Source: an uncultured cyanobacterium (GTDB lineage Bacteria > Cyanobacteriota > Cyanobacteriia > Cyanobacteriales > CAWCAG01). Taken from it: a DNA stretch of 64,000 nt. The notes beneath the pieces were generated by a model. It searched no databases. It was not told where the DNA came from and was given only the letters and a program-made list of their open reading frames with translations. Below are positions 18,011 to 28,163 of this stretch, in pieces. The DNA is taken from NCBI GenBank assembly GCA_963803805.1, contig CAWDOD010000011.1, positions 512,001 through 576,000 on the forward strand, given 5' to 3'. The position numbers and the translations under genes are program-made. Every line of letters begins with the position of its first letter. Position 1 is the first letter of the stretch.

Positions 18011-19475
18011 TCAAATCTGTTCACCATTTTCCAACTTCTGTAACAAATCTTCCGCAATTTCATACCATTGTTCGCGATACTGTTTATCTTGTTCTTCTCC
18101 GGTTAAAGTATAATCTTTTAATTGGGGATTTTGAGCGTAGAAAGTTTTGTTGACTTGGTCGTAGAAAGCTTTTTCTTCAAGAATCAATTGTGTTAAGGCG
18201 AGTGATTATTTTTGCTTGCCTTTCTTGCTCTGTTAAGCTTAAATTTTCATCTTGCTGAGTTGGCAAAGCTTCTTCTTGACTAGTAGAAGCAAAAGGCCAA
18301 GGAATTAAGGCAAATACTTGTTTGATGCCCCAAGTACCAAGACTTATTAATAGGGCAATGCCAATGCCGAAAGAAATTATTTTTAAAACACTATTACTAC
18401 TTAAATTTTTCCTTAATACTTTGTTGCCTCCTTGGTTGATTTTGCCAAAAGAAGTTAGAGAAGTTAACATTGTCTGTAGAGGGCGGGCTGGGGCTACAAC
18501 TACAGTACGAAGCTTAGAAACAGCTTGGTTTAAGACTCCACCATTATGCTTAATAGTAGGAGAAGAAATAGGAGTTGATGCAGCAGTTGTTGTAGCTTGG
18601 TAAGTTTTTTGTTGAGGAAGAGAGGCAAAGGTATTATTATTTCTTAAAGCTTCTAAAGCTTCTTGTGCTGATGAATAGCGATCGCGCGGACGGTAAGCTA
18701 GCATTTTAGTTAAAAACTCCCGAAAACTGGGACTAGCCTTAACAGTTTGTAGGTTCCAAGTAGCGTTAGAACTTTCGTAAAGCTCCCCAGGTTCTCGGTT
18801 GGTTAATAGTACTAATACTGTAGCCCCCAAAGCATAGAGATCGCTACTAGGGGAGATTTCTCCAAACTGCATTTGTTCTTCTGGGGCGTAACCATCTTTA
18901 CCAATGATTGTTCCTATTGGTACTTGGTTAGGGTTAGAACCGACACTAATAGCCACCTGTTTAACAGAACCAAAATCAATTAAAATTGGTAACTTATCTT
19001 TGTTTCGTAAAATAATATTATCAGGGGAAATATCGCGGTGAATTACATTTTGGTTGTGAATATATTGCAATACAGGAAGTAACTTAAATAGTAATTGCAC
19101 CATATCCGCTTCACTAAAGCGCTTACCTGCCTTTAAAAGTTGAGAGTAGCTTTGTCCTTCGATATAATCTTGCACCAAAAACAAAGACTCTTTGTTGCCA
19201 GTGTTTACTTTGAGCATTTCCCGGAAACAAGGTATTTGAGAATGATTAAGGCGGTAAAGCATTCCTGCTTCCCTCTCAAACAATTCCTTCGCTTTATGCC
19301 ATTCCTGATTATTCTGGACTTGAGGAACAAACTCTTTAAGGACACAAGACTCGTGAAAACGGTTAGTATTCTCTGCCAAATAAGTTCTACCAAATCCCCC
19401 CTGTCCCAACTCTCGTACAATACAATAACGGTTTTCTATAATTGATCCAGGACTAAGCACAGAGGAAGTGTACAT
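18011..19475 (-). CDS. Membrane Ser/Thr protein kinase with a frameshift near 18195 separating a ~60-aa C-terminus
   Basis: LGQGGFG, VLKE, IHRDISPDN, IDFG, APE and a TM segment. After the ORF stop at 18177 a shifted frame continues LEEKAFYDQVNKTFYAQNPQLK...REQWYEIAEDLLQKLENGEQI* to 18011. Confidence 0.85.
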
Positions 19476-19735
19476 AATAATATTGATGAAAAATCAAATT
19501 AAAAGTAAAAAGATCGGTTACAGGCTATTTTAACTAACTACATTATCCAACCCTAAATCTACGGACACGGAAAAAATGGTTTAGCAATTAGTTAGTACCA
19601 TGAGGTACACCCTAGACTCTGGTTTTTACACTGTTGCTAGTGGCTAATGGCTAATCGCTAATAATGATAGGAGATAGGCAATAATATTTATACTTATTAC
19701 TTATTACTTACTACTTCCCCCACTCCCTTCTTCAT

Positions 19736-21952
19736 ATGAGTTCTTCCCAGCCTCCTAACAAACCCCAAACTCAGATTGGTCAAATCTTTAACCAAGCGAC
19801 GCAAATTGTCCAAAAAGCCCTGGCTATTAAACCAGGGGCCAAAGTTGCGGAACTATGGGTACAAGAAGCTAATGCACAAAAGGCTAAAGTACATAAATTA
19901 CTCGGCGATCGCTATTTTTTGGGACGCAGCTCCCAAGATGCTGATATTGTAGTTCCTAACCCGGTGGTTAGTAAGAAGCATTTGTCCTTAACTAGGGATA
20001 GTAAGCGCCCCCGTAAGTTTATGATTCGGGATGAACATTCTACTAATGGTATTTATTTGGGTAGAAGAAGGCTAAAATCCTTGCTATTGCGCCACGGTGA
20101 TATTCTGACATTGGGACCACCGGAACTTAAAGATGCAGTCAGGGTTCAATATCATAATCCTCCACCCCTGATTATTCTTATTTTGCGCTACTTACTTTAT
20201 GGTTTGGGGGGAGTTTCTGGTTTAATTGTGCTGTGGATGGCGATTGTTTGGGCAAAATACCCCGTAGGTAGGATGCCCCCTGGAGTACAAGGTCCAGTAA
20301 TTGTTTATTCTAGGGATAATGAACCTTTAAGGGAATTACGTAATAATTCCCACCAAGAAATAGGGCGCTTAAAAGAGTTTTCCCCTTATTTACCCAAAGC
20401 CTTACTCGCCTCAGAAGATAGTCGCTATCACTGGCATTTTGGAGTTGATCCCTTGGGTATTGCAGGGGCTTTGCGAAGAGGTTTTGGGGGAGGGAGCACC
20501 CTCACCCAACAGGTAGCCCGTAGCCTTTTCCCGGAAGTGGGGAGAGAAAATACCATTGGGCGTAAAATTCGGGAGATGATTGTCGCTTTTAAACTAGAAA
20601 CTTTTTATAGTAAAGACAAAATCATCAGAACCTATTTAAACAGGGTTTACTTAGGAGTTGATAGTTATGGTTTTGAAGATGCGGCGCAGTTTTACTTTGA
20701 TAAATCAGCGAGGGATTTAGATATTTCTGAAGCTGCTACCTTAGTGGCGATTTTACCCGCCCCCAACAGTTTTAATCCTGTACAGGATTATGAAACTGCT
20801 ATTAAGTTGCGTAACCGCATTATCACCCGCATGGTTGATCAAGGTAAAATTAGCGAAGAGGAAGGTTCTAGGGCAAGGCGATCGCGCATCGAAGTTAGTC
20901 CTGAAGCCCGAAGAATCCTTGGCAGCACCAAAGCCCCCTACTTTTATAGCTATATTTTTACTGAATTAGAAGAACTGTTAGGAGAAGATTTAGCCGAAGA
21001 AGGCAACTTTATTGTCCAAACTTCCTTGGATTTAAACGCTCAATCACAAGCCGATGCTGCTTTGCGTGACGGAGTTAATAATACAGGTTCTCGCCTGGGT
21101 TTTTCCCAAGGGGCAGTTGTTACCCTCAATACCAGCAATGCCGAAATTATTGCTATGACAGGGGGTGTGGATTATGGGCAAAGTCAGTTTAACCGTGCTT
21201 ACCAGTCCCAACGACAACCAGGTTCCACTTTTAAGGTTTTCGCCTATGCTGCTGCCATTGAACAGGGCATTTCTCCTGGCAAAGCTTACTCCTGCGCCCC
21301 TTTAACCTGGCAAGGACAAAGGTACAAAGGCTGTGAACGTAGTAGTGGTGCAGTGAATATGTATACAGGCTTGGCACAATCGGAAAATGCGATCGCCCTG
21401 CGTATTGCCCAGGATGTGGGTTTAGACAAGACTATTGCTATGGCTAGAAAGTTGGGGATTAAATCTAAGCTAGTGGAGACTCCTGGCTTGGTTTTGGGGC
21501 AAAGTGAAGTTAATGTTTTAGAAATTACTGGGGCTTATGCAACCTTCGCCAATAATGGAGTTTGGAACCGTCCCCACGGCATTCGTCGTGTCCTTGATAG
21601 TAGTGATTGCGAAGACAGCAAGAATCCAGAAACCTGTCGCGTAATTTACTCCTATGACCAAGATAGCAGTCGGGGTATCCAAGCAATTTCTACGGGTGTG
21701 GCGAGTACCATGAATAGCCTCTTGCGAGGGGTTATTGGCGGTACAGGGGCTGCTGCCGCTATTGGTAAAGGAGAAGCGGGTAAAACAGGGACTACTAACC
21801 GCAATGTGGATATGTGGTTTATTGGTTATGTACCTAGCGCTCAGCTAGTAACTGGAGTATGGTTAGGTAATGATGATCCCATTGCTACTAGGGGCAGTAG
21901 CGCTCAAGCTGCGAGGATTTGGGCTAATTATATGGGGCAGATTACCCAATAA
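19736..21952 (+). CDS. Class A penicillin-binding protein with N-terminal FHA domain
   Basis: FHA (LGRS, VVSKKH, STNG), TM, transglycosylase (ASEDSR, GGSTLTQQ, RK), transpeptidase motifs STFK / SEN / KTG. Confidence 0.93.
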   Translation: MSSSQPPNKPQTQIGQIFNQATQIVQKALAIKPGAKVAELWVQEANAQKAKVHKLLGDRYFLGRSSQDADIVVPNPVVSKKHLSLTRDSKRPRKFMIRDEHSTNGIYLGRRRLKSLLLRHGDILTLGPPELKDAVRVQYHNPPPLIILILRYLLYGLGGVSGLIVLWMAIVWAKYPVGRMPPGVQGPVIVYSRDNEPLRELRNNSHQEIGRLKEFSPYLPKALLASEDSRYHWHFGVDPLGIAGALRRGFGGGSTLTQQVARSLFPEVGRENTIGRKIREMIVAFKLETFYSKDKIIRTYLNRVYLGVDSYGFEDAAQFYFDKSARDLDISEAATLVAILPAPNSFNPVQDYETAIKLRNRIITRMVDQGKISEEEGSRARRSRIEVSPEARRILGSTKAPYFYSYIFTELEELLGEDLAEEGNFIVQTSLDLNAQSQADAALRDGVNNTGSRLGFSQGAVVTLNTSNAEIIAMTGGVDYGQSQFNRAYQSQRQPGSTFKVFAYAAAIEQGISPGKAYSCAPLTWQGQRYKGCERSSGAVNMYTGLAQSENAIALRIAQDVGLDKTIAMARKLGIKSKLVETPGLVLGQSEVNVLEITGAYATFANNGVWNRPHGIRRVLDSSDCEDSKNPETCRVIYSYDQDSSRGIQAISTGVASTMNSLLRGVIGGTGAAAAIGKGEAGKTGTTNRNVDMWFIGYVPSAQLVTGVWLGNDDPIATRGSSAQAARIWANYMGQITQ

Positions 21953-22040
21953 TTGGGAGTGAAGAGTAGGCAGCAAGGACTAGGGGGCTAGGGAGTTAGG
22001 CAATGAAACTGTTATCTATTACCCAATTCCCAATTCCCTA

Positions 22041-22634
22041 TTACTTTGCAGCTTTCTGAAAGCGACGCTTGACAAAGTAACCACCAAGTATGAGCAAACC
22101 TCCCATTGTGGTGGGTTCAGGAACAGATTGAGGGTCATTATCATTATCTTGAGTGGGCCATTCTGCTTGATCTTGAGCGCAATCGGCAGCACTATTGACA
22201 CCAGAATCACCTACTATAGCATCGGCATCTAAACAAGTCCTTACACCACCTACACCTTCTACCTCAATGCCTAAATCTGCTTCTACTCCAACTTCAACAA
22301 TATTCTCACCACCAACCACAACTTCTCCTTCTAAGAAACCTTCTTTCTGAATTGCTTCTTCAATGTTGTGTAAATCAGGGATTTCTAAATCTTCAAGCTC
22401 GTTTACACCAACCTCAGTGTAGGAATCTGAACCTAACCCAGCCAGACTGTCTATTTCAGTATCGCTGCTTTCACCTAAAAAGGCATCAAGTCCATCTTCA
22501 GTAGTAGCTCCTAAAGTACTCTCAAGAGTATTAGTTAGTGTTCCACCTAAAGAAGTCAAAGCGGATGCGGAAGGCGCAAAGACTCCAGTTAAGGTTGTAG
22601 CAGCGATCGCGGTGGCAAAAAATAACTTGTTCAT
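22041..22634 (-). CDS. PEP-CTERM sorting domain protein, acidic
   Basis: Signal peptide ending ASA; C-terminal VPEP, TM segment and basic tail KRRFQK. Confidence 0.88.
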   Translation of the reverse strand: MNKLFFATAIAATTLTGVFAPSASALTSLGGTLTNTLESTLGATTEDGLDAFLGESSDTEIDSLAGLGSDSYTEVGVNELEDLEIPDLHNIEEAIQKEGFLEGEVVVGGENIVEVGVEADLGIEVEGVGGVRTCLDADAIVGDSGVNSAADCAQDQAEWPTQDNDNDPQSVPEPTTMGGLLILGGYFVKRRFQKAAK

Positions 22635-22867
22635 GATTTCTCCTGGTTTGAATCGTTTGTTTTTTAGCTATACCTCATTGTGAAATGCTCATGTTTACAG
22701 TTAGGTATGCGCTATGGTTGCGTTCACGTGTTACTTGAAATTAATGTTTACGCAGACAAGATTTTCTGGTTTTTGATATCAAATTCTACTAAAATCACTC
22801 TTTTATTGTGTTGAAGATACGTGGATTTTGGGGAGTAGAAATTATCATAATTACTAAATATCCTCAC

Positions 22868-22902
22868 AAGGTGCGTTACGCTTACAGCTAACGACACCCT
22901 AC
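22868..22902. repeat. REP-like palindrome (GGTGCGTTACGC...GCTAACGACACCCTAC)
   Basis: Imperfect hairpin; related copy at 56158-56226. Confidence 0.55.
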
Positions 22903-22979
22903 GAAAATTAATAGATTTGAGATTGATTATATTTACTTGAACTGTTCTTTTATAGGAACCATTCTCAATTCAAAATAGA

Positions 22980-25433
22980 TTAAGTTAACACCACACCACT
23001 ACTCATACGTTCATATCTTTCTTTTAACTCTTGACGCAAAGAAGACCAACGCCCTAAACTTTTATCTGCAAGCATCAACTTTTCGGCTGCTTCACGGGCA
23101 ATAACTAGAACCTCTTTATCTTCAACTAAACTGGCTAAAGCGAAGTCTGGTAAACCAGATTGGCGTTTCCCCAACACCTCTCCGGGGCCACGAAAACGCA
23201 TATCCATCTCGGAAATAAAGAAGCCGTCTTGAGATTGTTCTAAAACTTGCAAACGCTGCCTGGCATCAGGATTTTTGCTACTACTCATTAATAAACAGTA
23301 GGATTTGTGGGAACCACGCCCGACTCGCCCCCTCAATTGGTGCAGTTGCGATAAGCCAAAGCGTTCGGCATTTTCGATTAACATTACCGTAGCGTTGGGA
23401 ACATCTACTCCTACTTCAATAACTGTGGTAGAAACAATGATTTGAGTTTCATTGTTTCGGAAAGCATTTAAGGATTCATCTTTATCTGCTGAACTCATGC
23501 GCCCGTGGAGTAAACCAACTTTAAATTCTGGGAAGATAGTTTCCTGTAACTTTTCCTGTTCTTCCACCGCTGAACGCACATCTAGTTTTTCTGACTCTTC
23601 AATTAAAGGCAAAATCACATAGCATTGTCGCCCTTGGGCAATTTCTCGGCGAATTAAGTCATAGGCATCTCGCCGTTGCTTCCCAGCTAAAACTGTGGTT
23701 TGAATTGGTTGTCTGCCTGGGGGGAGTTCGTCGATTTGGGAAACATCTAAATCTCCGTGCAAAGTCAAAGCCAAGGTGCGGGGAATGGGGGTTGCTGTCA
23801 TAGTGAGAACGTGGGGAGATTTACCTTTGTCTAATAACCTCGCCCTTTGTTGTACCCCAAAGCGGTGTTGTTCATCGATGACGACTAAACCAAGTTTTTG
23901 GAAGTTAACAGGATCTTGAATGAGGGCGTGGGTTCCCACTAAGAGGGGGAGTTCTCCTGTTTCTAATTGGTTGTGAATTTCCCGACGTTTAGCAACTTTA
24001 GTTGAACCGGTGAGCAATTCTACAGGTAAATGCAAAAGGTTAAACCAGCTTACTAGTTTACGATAATGTTGTTCTGCTAATACCTCTGTTGGGGCCATTA
24101 AGGCTGCTTGATAGCCAGATTGAATAGCTGTGAGGATCGCAAATACAGAAACAACGGTTTTTCCTGAACCGACATCCCCTTGTACTAAGCGATTCATAGG
24201 AGTAGGGGATTGCAATTCTTGTAAAATATCGTTGGTAACACGCTTTTGGGCATCGGTTAACTCAAAGGGTAATAGTTGATTAAACTGTTCAATTAGCTTA
24301 CCTGTGGGGGAAAAAACAGCACTGCTTTGATTTTGCTTTTGTTGTTGACGACGGGAAAGGAAACCGAGTTGTAGGTAAAAGAATTCGTCGAAAACCAAGC
24401 GCCTCCTCGCCAAAGCCAGACTTTCTTTACTATCAGGGAAATGAATTTGGCAAATGGCATCTTTTAAACCCATAAACCCATAGCTATTAATTAAAGCTGG
24501 GGGCAAGGGATCTTTAATTTGGTTAATGGCAGGCAAAACCTCAACTATTGCCCGCCTCACCACATCTGCTGTGACTCCTTCAGCTAAAGGATATACAGGA
24601 ACCACCCTGCCAATTTTTAAAGAGTCTATATTCGCCCCAGGATGGTCAATCACCTCTAATTCTGGGGTGTCGAGGTTGAATCCGTATTTATTCTGTTTAA
24701 CCAACCCTGAAGCGGCTACTATTGAGCCGTTGGGAAATTGCCGCTTCATTTTATGTTGCCAGCCTCGGTTAGCGTAGCGCATCCCGGCATAAAAACGGTT
24801 GAGTTTGATTTGTCCGGTATTATCTTTGAGTACTAATTCAAAGATGGTTAATTTCTTGTTTTTAGGGCTAGAAAAACAGTTGCAACGCTTCACAGCCCCC
24901 ACAATAGTTACCGTTTCTCCAACTTCCAGGTTTTTGATTTTCACCTGACGGGCATAATCAATGTAGTCACGGGGGTAGTAAAAGAGTAAATCCCTAACTG
25001 TGGTTAAGCCTAGACGTTCGAGGTAAGCTCCTTTTTGTTTACCAATTTTAGGAATTTCTTTTAAAAGCTTGTTTAAAGTTAAGGTTTTGTAGCTATAACC
25101 TTGTTGAGTTGCTGCCACAGGAGTGGTACGGGGAGTTTTTGCTTGAGGAACCTCTACTTGAGGAGGATGTTGTAATTGCTGAATTAATCTCCTGGCTTCT
25201 GCGACTACGTGCTGCCGTTGGGTTATGCTTAAGCTAGGATAGCGAGCAAAATCCCCACTAAGATCCTGCCAACGCCTTCTTTGCTCCGTATTCATACCCA
25301 AAGGGCGTTTACCGAAATTTAAACACAGGAACTCGCTGAAGCGATAGTGATTTCCCATTAAATCAGAAAAACCTCGTTCCGCTTCTACAGAGAGAGCTTT
25401 TTGTAAAGCAACCCAATCTGGCGTTTCCTTCAT
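22980..25433 (-). CDS. recG: ATP-dependent DNA helicase RecG
   Basis: QGDVGSGKT, MAPTEVLAEQH, DEQHRFG, TATPIPRT, QLHQLRGRVGRG. Confidence 0.97.
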   Translation of the reverse strand: MKETPDWVALQKALSVEAERGFSDLMGNHYRFSEFLCLNFGKRPLGMNTEQRRRWQDLSGDFARYPSLSITQRQHVVAEARRLIQQLQHPPQVEVPQAKTPRTTPVAATQQGYSYKTLTLNKLLKEIPKIGKQKGAYLERLGLTTVRDLLFYYPRDYIDYARQVKIKNLEVGETVTIVGAVKRCNCFSSPKNKKLTIFELVLKDNTGQIKLNRFYAGMRYANRGWQHKMKRQFPNGSIVAASGLVKQNKYGFNLDTPELEVIDHPGANIDSLKIGRVVPVYPLAEGVTADVVRRAIVEVLPAINQIKDPLPPALINSYGFMGLKDAICQIHFPDSKESLALARRRLVFDEFFYLQLGFLSRRQQQKQNQSSAVFSPTGKLIEQFNQLLPFELTDAQKRVTNDILQELQSPTPMNRLVQGDVGSGKTVVSVFAILTAIQSGYQAALMAPTEVLAEQHYRKLVSWFNLLHLPVELLTGSTKVAKRREIHNQLETGELPLLVGTHALIQDPVNFQKLGLVVIDEQHRFGVQQRARLLDKGKSPHVLTMTATPIPRTLALTLHGDLDVSQIDELPPGRQPIQTTVLAGKQRRDAYDLIRREIAQGRQCYVILPLIEESEKLDVRSAVEEQEKLQETIFPEFKVGLLHGRMSSADKDESLNAFRNNETQIIVSTTVIEVGVDVPNATVMLIENAERFGLSQLHQLRGRVGRGSHKSYCLLMSSSKNPDARQRLQVLEQSQDGFFISEMDMRFRGPGEVLGKRQSGLPDFALASLVEDKEVLVIAREAAEKLMLADKSLGRWSSLRQELKERYERMSSGVVLT

Positions 25434-25525
25434 TTGTTTTTTTACGTCAATATACTCTCTATATTTTAGGCGGGAAGGTTAGGGGGGTTAATTAAAAATT
25501 AAAAATTGACACCTAAAGTTGAATC

Positions 25526-26374
25526 ATGAAACGAAAGATTCTTTGGACAGTATTATTAGCCATCAGTACCAGTTTTATAAATAGCTGTACTCCAAAAACT
25601 GGGCAACCTACAGGAGTAGTGACAACCCAGCAAGAAGTTAAGATTACAGGTTCAGGTAGTACTTATCCTGCCTTAGAAAGTTTAGTTAGTGCTTACGAAG
25701 CTGAAAATCAAGCTGCTGAAATTACCTTTTTACCCCAAAGCCAGTCAGATAGTGGCATTGTTGCAGTGAATCAAGGATTAGTGAATTTGGGGGGAGTTAG
25801 TAGAAAGTTAAAGCCCCAAGAAAAAAGTGACTCCATTGAATATCGAGAATTAGCCAAAGATGCTTTGGTAGTGGCTACCCATTCTAGTGTTGAAGATGTG
25901 ACAAACCTAAATACAGAGCAACTTAAAGGTATATATAGTGGAGAAATAACTAATTGGCAAGAAGTTGGGGGGCCAAATGCAGAAATTGTGGTGCTGGATC
26001 GACCGGAGGATGAGTCGGGAAAGCGTCTGTTAAGGGAATACTACTTGGGTAAAGAACTCAAGAATGCCCCAGAAGCAATAATTATGCGCCAAGAAGGAGA
26101 ATTAATTGAGGCGGTGGAAGATACTGCCTATAGTATCGGCGCTTTTTCCCTTGCCTACGCGATCGCCAATGATCTGTCAGTTAACCGTCTTAGTCTTGAT
26201 GGGGTTGAACCCACAGCAGCTAATGTTAAAGCCAATAAGTATGAAATGGTACGCAACATTGGTATTATTTATAACCCCAAGCCTTCAAAAGAAACTCAGA
26301 AGTTTCTTGACTTTATTTTTAGTGAAGAAGGAGCAAAGCAATTACAAGAAAACGGTTTTATTTCTTCTTTTTGA
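25526..26374 (+). CDS. PstS-like phosphate/anion-binding lipoprotein (PBP_like_2)
   Basis: Lipobox-like INSC; GSGST, IYSGEITNWQEVGG; no permease genes adjacent. Confidence 0.8.
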   Translation: MKRKILWTVLLAISTSFINSCTPKTGQPTGVVTTQQEVKITGSGSTYPALESLVSAYEAENQAAEITFLPQSQSDSGIVAVNQGLVNLGGVSRKLKPQEKSDSIEYRELAKDALVVATHSSVEDVTNLNTEQLKGIYSGEITNWQEVGGPNAEIVVLDRPEDESGKRLLREYYLGKELKNAPEAIIMRQEGELIEAVEDTAYSIGAFSLAYAIANDLSVNRLSLDGVEPTAANVKANKYEMVRNIGIIYNPKPSKETQKFLDFIFSEEGAKQLQENGFISSF

Positions 26375-26382
26375 GCAGAGGT

Positions 26383-27381
26383 TTATGGATTGACGGGCGA
26401 CTCAATTTTAGAACCATAGGCTTTACTAAGGGAGCGCTGATAACTAGGATCATAATGATAAGTTAATAAATCTCCTACCAATTCTCGCCACTTACCCTGA
26501 TCAATAAAACTATACCACTGAGCGATTTTTGCTTTACCGTAGCGGGATGTTAGCATCTTCAGTTTATCTTTCAAAAAGTCAGGATTGGCGATTAAGTGGG
26601 GATATTCTTGCAACAACCCATCAATTCTTGCTTCTAAAGGTAATTGAACTTCTACGCAACTTCCTTGCTTCATCATTTCCCAAAGGACAGGAGGTAAATA
26701 ACATTTACCAATTTTGTTACTTTCGGACTCTACCCAAACTGGCTTTTGAGGAGAAAATTGCTTGAATTTTTCTAGGAGTAGGGATTCAAAACGCTTTTGG
26801 GAAGGTTGAGATTGAGGTTCCCCAAGCCAAGCTTCCCCTAACAAAGAACCACGATGATTAGCGAGTGCTTCTAAGTCTAAGACTTGTGTACCTTGATTAG
26901 CTAAATTTTGCAAAATATAAGTTTTGCCTGTACCAGTTAAACCGCACAACACCTTATAGGTAAACTGTTGTGGCAATTGAGAAAGTTGTCCCCTTACATA
27001 GGCGCGATAGGTTTTGTAACCCCCTTCAATGATGGTTGTACGCCAGCCAATTTGCGATAAAATAACTGCCATACTATAGGAACGCTGCCCCCCACGCCAA
27101 CAATAAACCAGGGGATAATAATCTTTCCCCTTGTGAGCAAAATGATTACTGAGGTAGCCAGACATATTTTTGGCAACTAAAGCCGCACCAACTTTACGGG
27201 CAGCAAAGGGAGACTCTTGTTTATAGATGGTTCCCACCTTCTCCCTTTCAGTGTCATTAAGTACCGGTAAATTAATCGCCCCAGGAAAATAATCTTCTCT
27301 AAACTCACTTTCTGAGCGTACATCAATAATGTCACTGTAAGTTTCTTGCCAAGGGGTTTTAGTATAAACTGGCGATCGCAC
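26383..27381 (-). CDS. mnmH: tRNA 2-selenouridine(34) synthase
   Basis: Rhodanese domain (IDVRS, YCWRGGQRS), P-loop GLTGTGKT, DLEALANHRGS. Confidence 0.93.
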   Translation of the reverse strand: MRSPVYTKTPWQETYSDIIDVRSESEFREDYFPGAINLPVLNDTEREKVGTIYKQESPFAARKVGAALVAKNMSGYLSNHFAHKGKDYYPLVYCWRGGQRSYSMAVILSQIGWRTTIIEGGYKTYRAYVRGQLSQLPQQFTYKVLCGLTGTGKTYILQNLANQGTQVLDLEALANHRGSLLGEAWLGEPQSQPSQKRFESLLLEKFKQFSPQKPVWVESESNKIGKCYLPPVLWEMMKQGSCVEVQLPLEARIDGLLQEYPHLIANPDFLKDKLKMLTSRYGKAKIAQWYSFIDQGKWRELVGDLLTYHYDPSYQRSLSKAYGSKIESPVNP

Positions 27382-27476
27382 CTTTTTTTTAATCTGTTGA
27401 ATGTTTGCTATGGAGGGGAGATGGGGAGATGGGGGGATAGGGAGAAAACAACTAGCAACTAGCCATTAGCCATTAG

Positions 27477-27989
27477 CTAATTCCCCGCATTCTTCTGAGC
27501 ATATTGCAAATACCCTTCATATTCTCCCGCTTTTTCCTGTGCTACTTGATAGTTAGTATCTCCTTGAGGGACAGCTTTCATGAGGGCGATCGCATTTTGC
27601 CAAAGGGTTGCTACGTTTTGCCACTCTTGCTGAGTTTGTGCTGTTTGGGTTAAATTAGCTGCTTCTTGAGCATTTTTAACTGCATCATAGAAAGGAACTT
27701 CTGAAGCTGGGGCATTTGCTGGGGCGGCAGCAGCAGGAGATTCTGTTTCTGTAGGAGAGGCTTCTGTTGTAGCAGGAGACTCAGTTGTAGCAGGAGACTC
27801 AGTTGTAGCAGGAGACTCAGTTGTAGCAGGAGACTCTGTAGCAACAGGGGCTTCACCCGCAGGAGGTTCAGTAACTACTTCAGCATCACCGCCACTATTA
27901 GCAAAAAAGATATTATAAACTTGCCATAATCCTAAGCCAACGGCAATTACTGCTAAGACAGCGAGAAGATATTTAAAAGGTTTCGACAT
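27477..27989 (-). CDS. Membrane-anchored hypothetical protein with ATTESP low-complexity linker
   Basis: N-terminal TM, repeats, then a helical domain (AQTQQEWQNVATLWQNAIALMKAVP). Confidence 0.8.
   Translation of the reverse strand: MSKPFKYLLAVLAVIAVGLGLWQVYNIFFANSGGDAEVVTEPPAGEAPVATESPATTESPATTESPATTESPATTEASPTETESPAAAAPANAPASEVPFYDAVKNAQEAANLTQTAQTQQEWQNVATLWQNAIALMKAVPQGDTNYQVAQEKAGEYEGYLQYAQKNAGN
27766..27837. repeat. Four tandem 18-bp repeats
   Basis: GTTGTAGCAGGAGACTCA repeated. Confidence 0.85.
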
Positions 27990-28033
27990 TTGCTTTCCTG
28001 AAATTATAAATTAGCTAGTTTAAAAGGAAGTAA

Positions 28034-28133
28034 CTAGTGGCCTGTCAATTTTCAATTGACGGGTATAAGGGGAAAAGGGCAATATGTTTGTTTTTTCAAG
28101 CTATTCCCAAATTCAATCTAGACAAACCACTAG
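28034..28133. repeat. MITE-like element with inverted ends CTAGTGGCCTGTC / GACAAACCACTAG
   Basis: Imperfect terminal inverted repeats about 100 bp apart in an intergenic region. Confidence 0.55.
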
Positions 28134-28163
28134 GAGGCAATATACCCAATTTTTTGGTTTAAG

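Noticed and set aside
27650-27856. LLLQLS-repeat ORF
   Set aside because: Alternative frame of the 18-bp repeats in 27477-27989.
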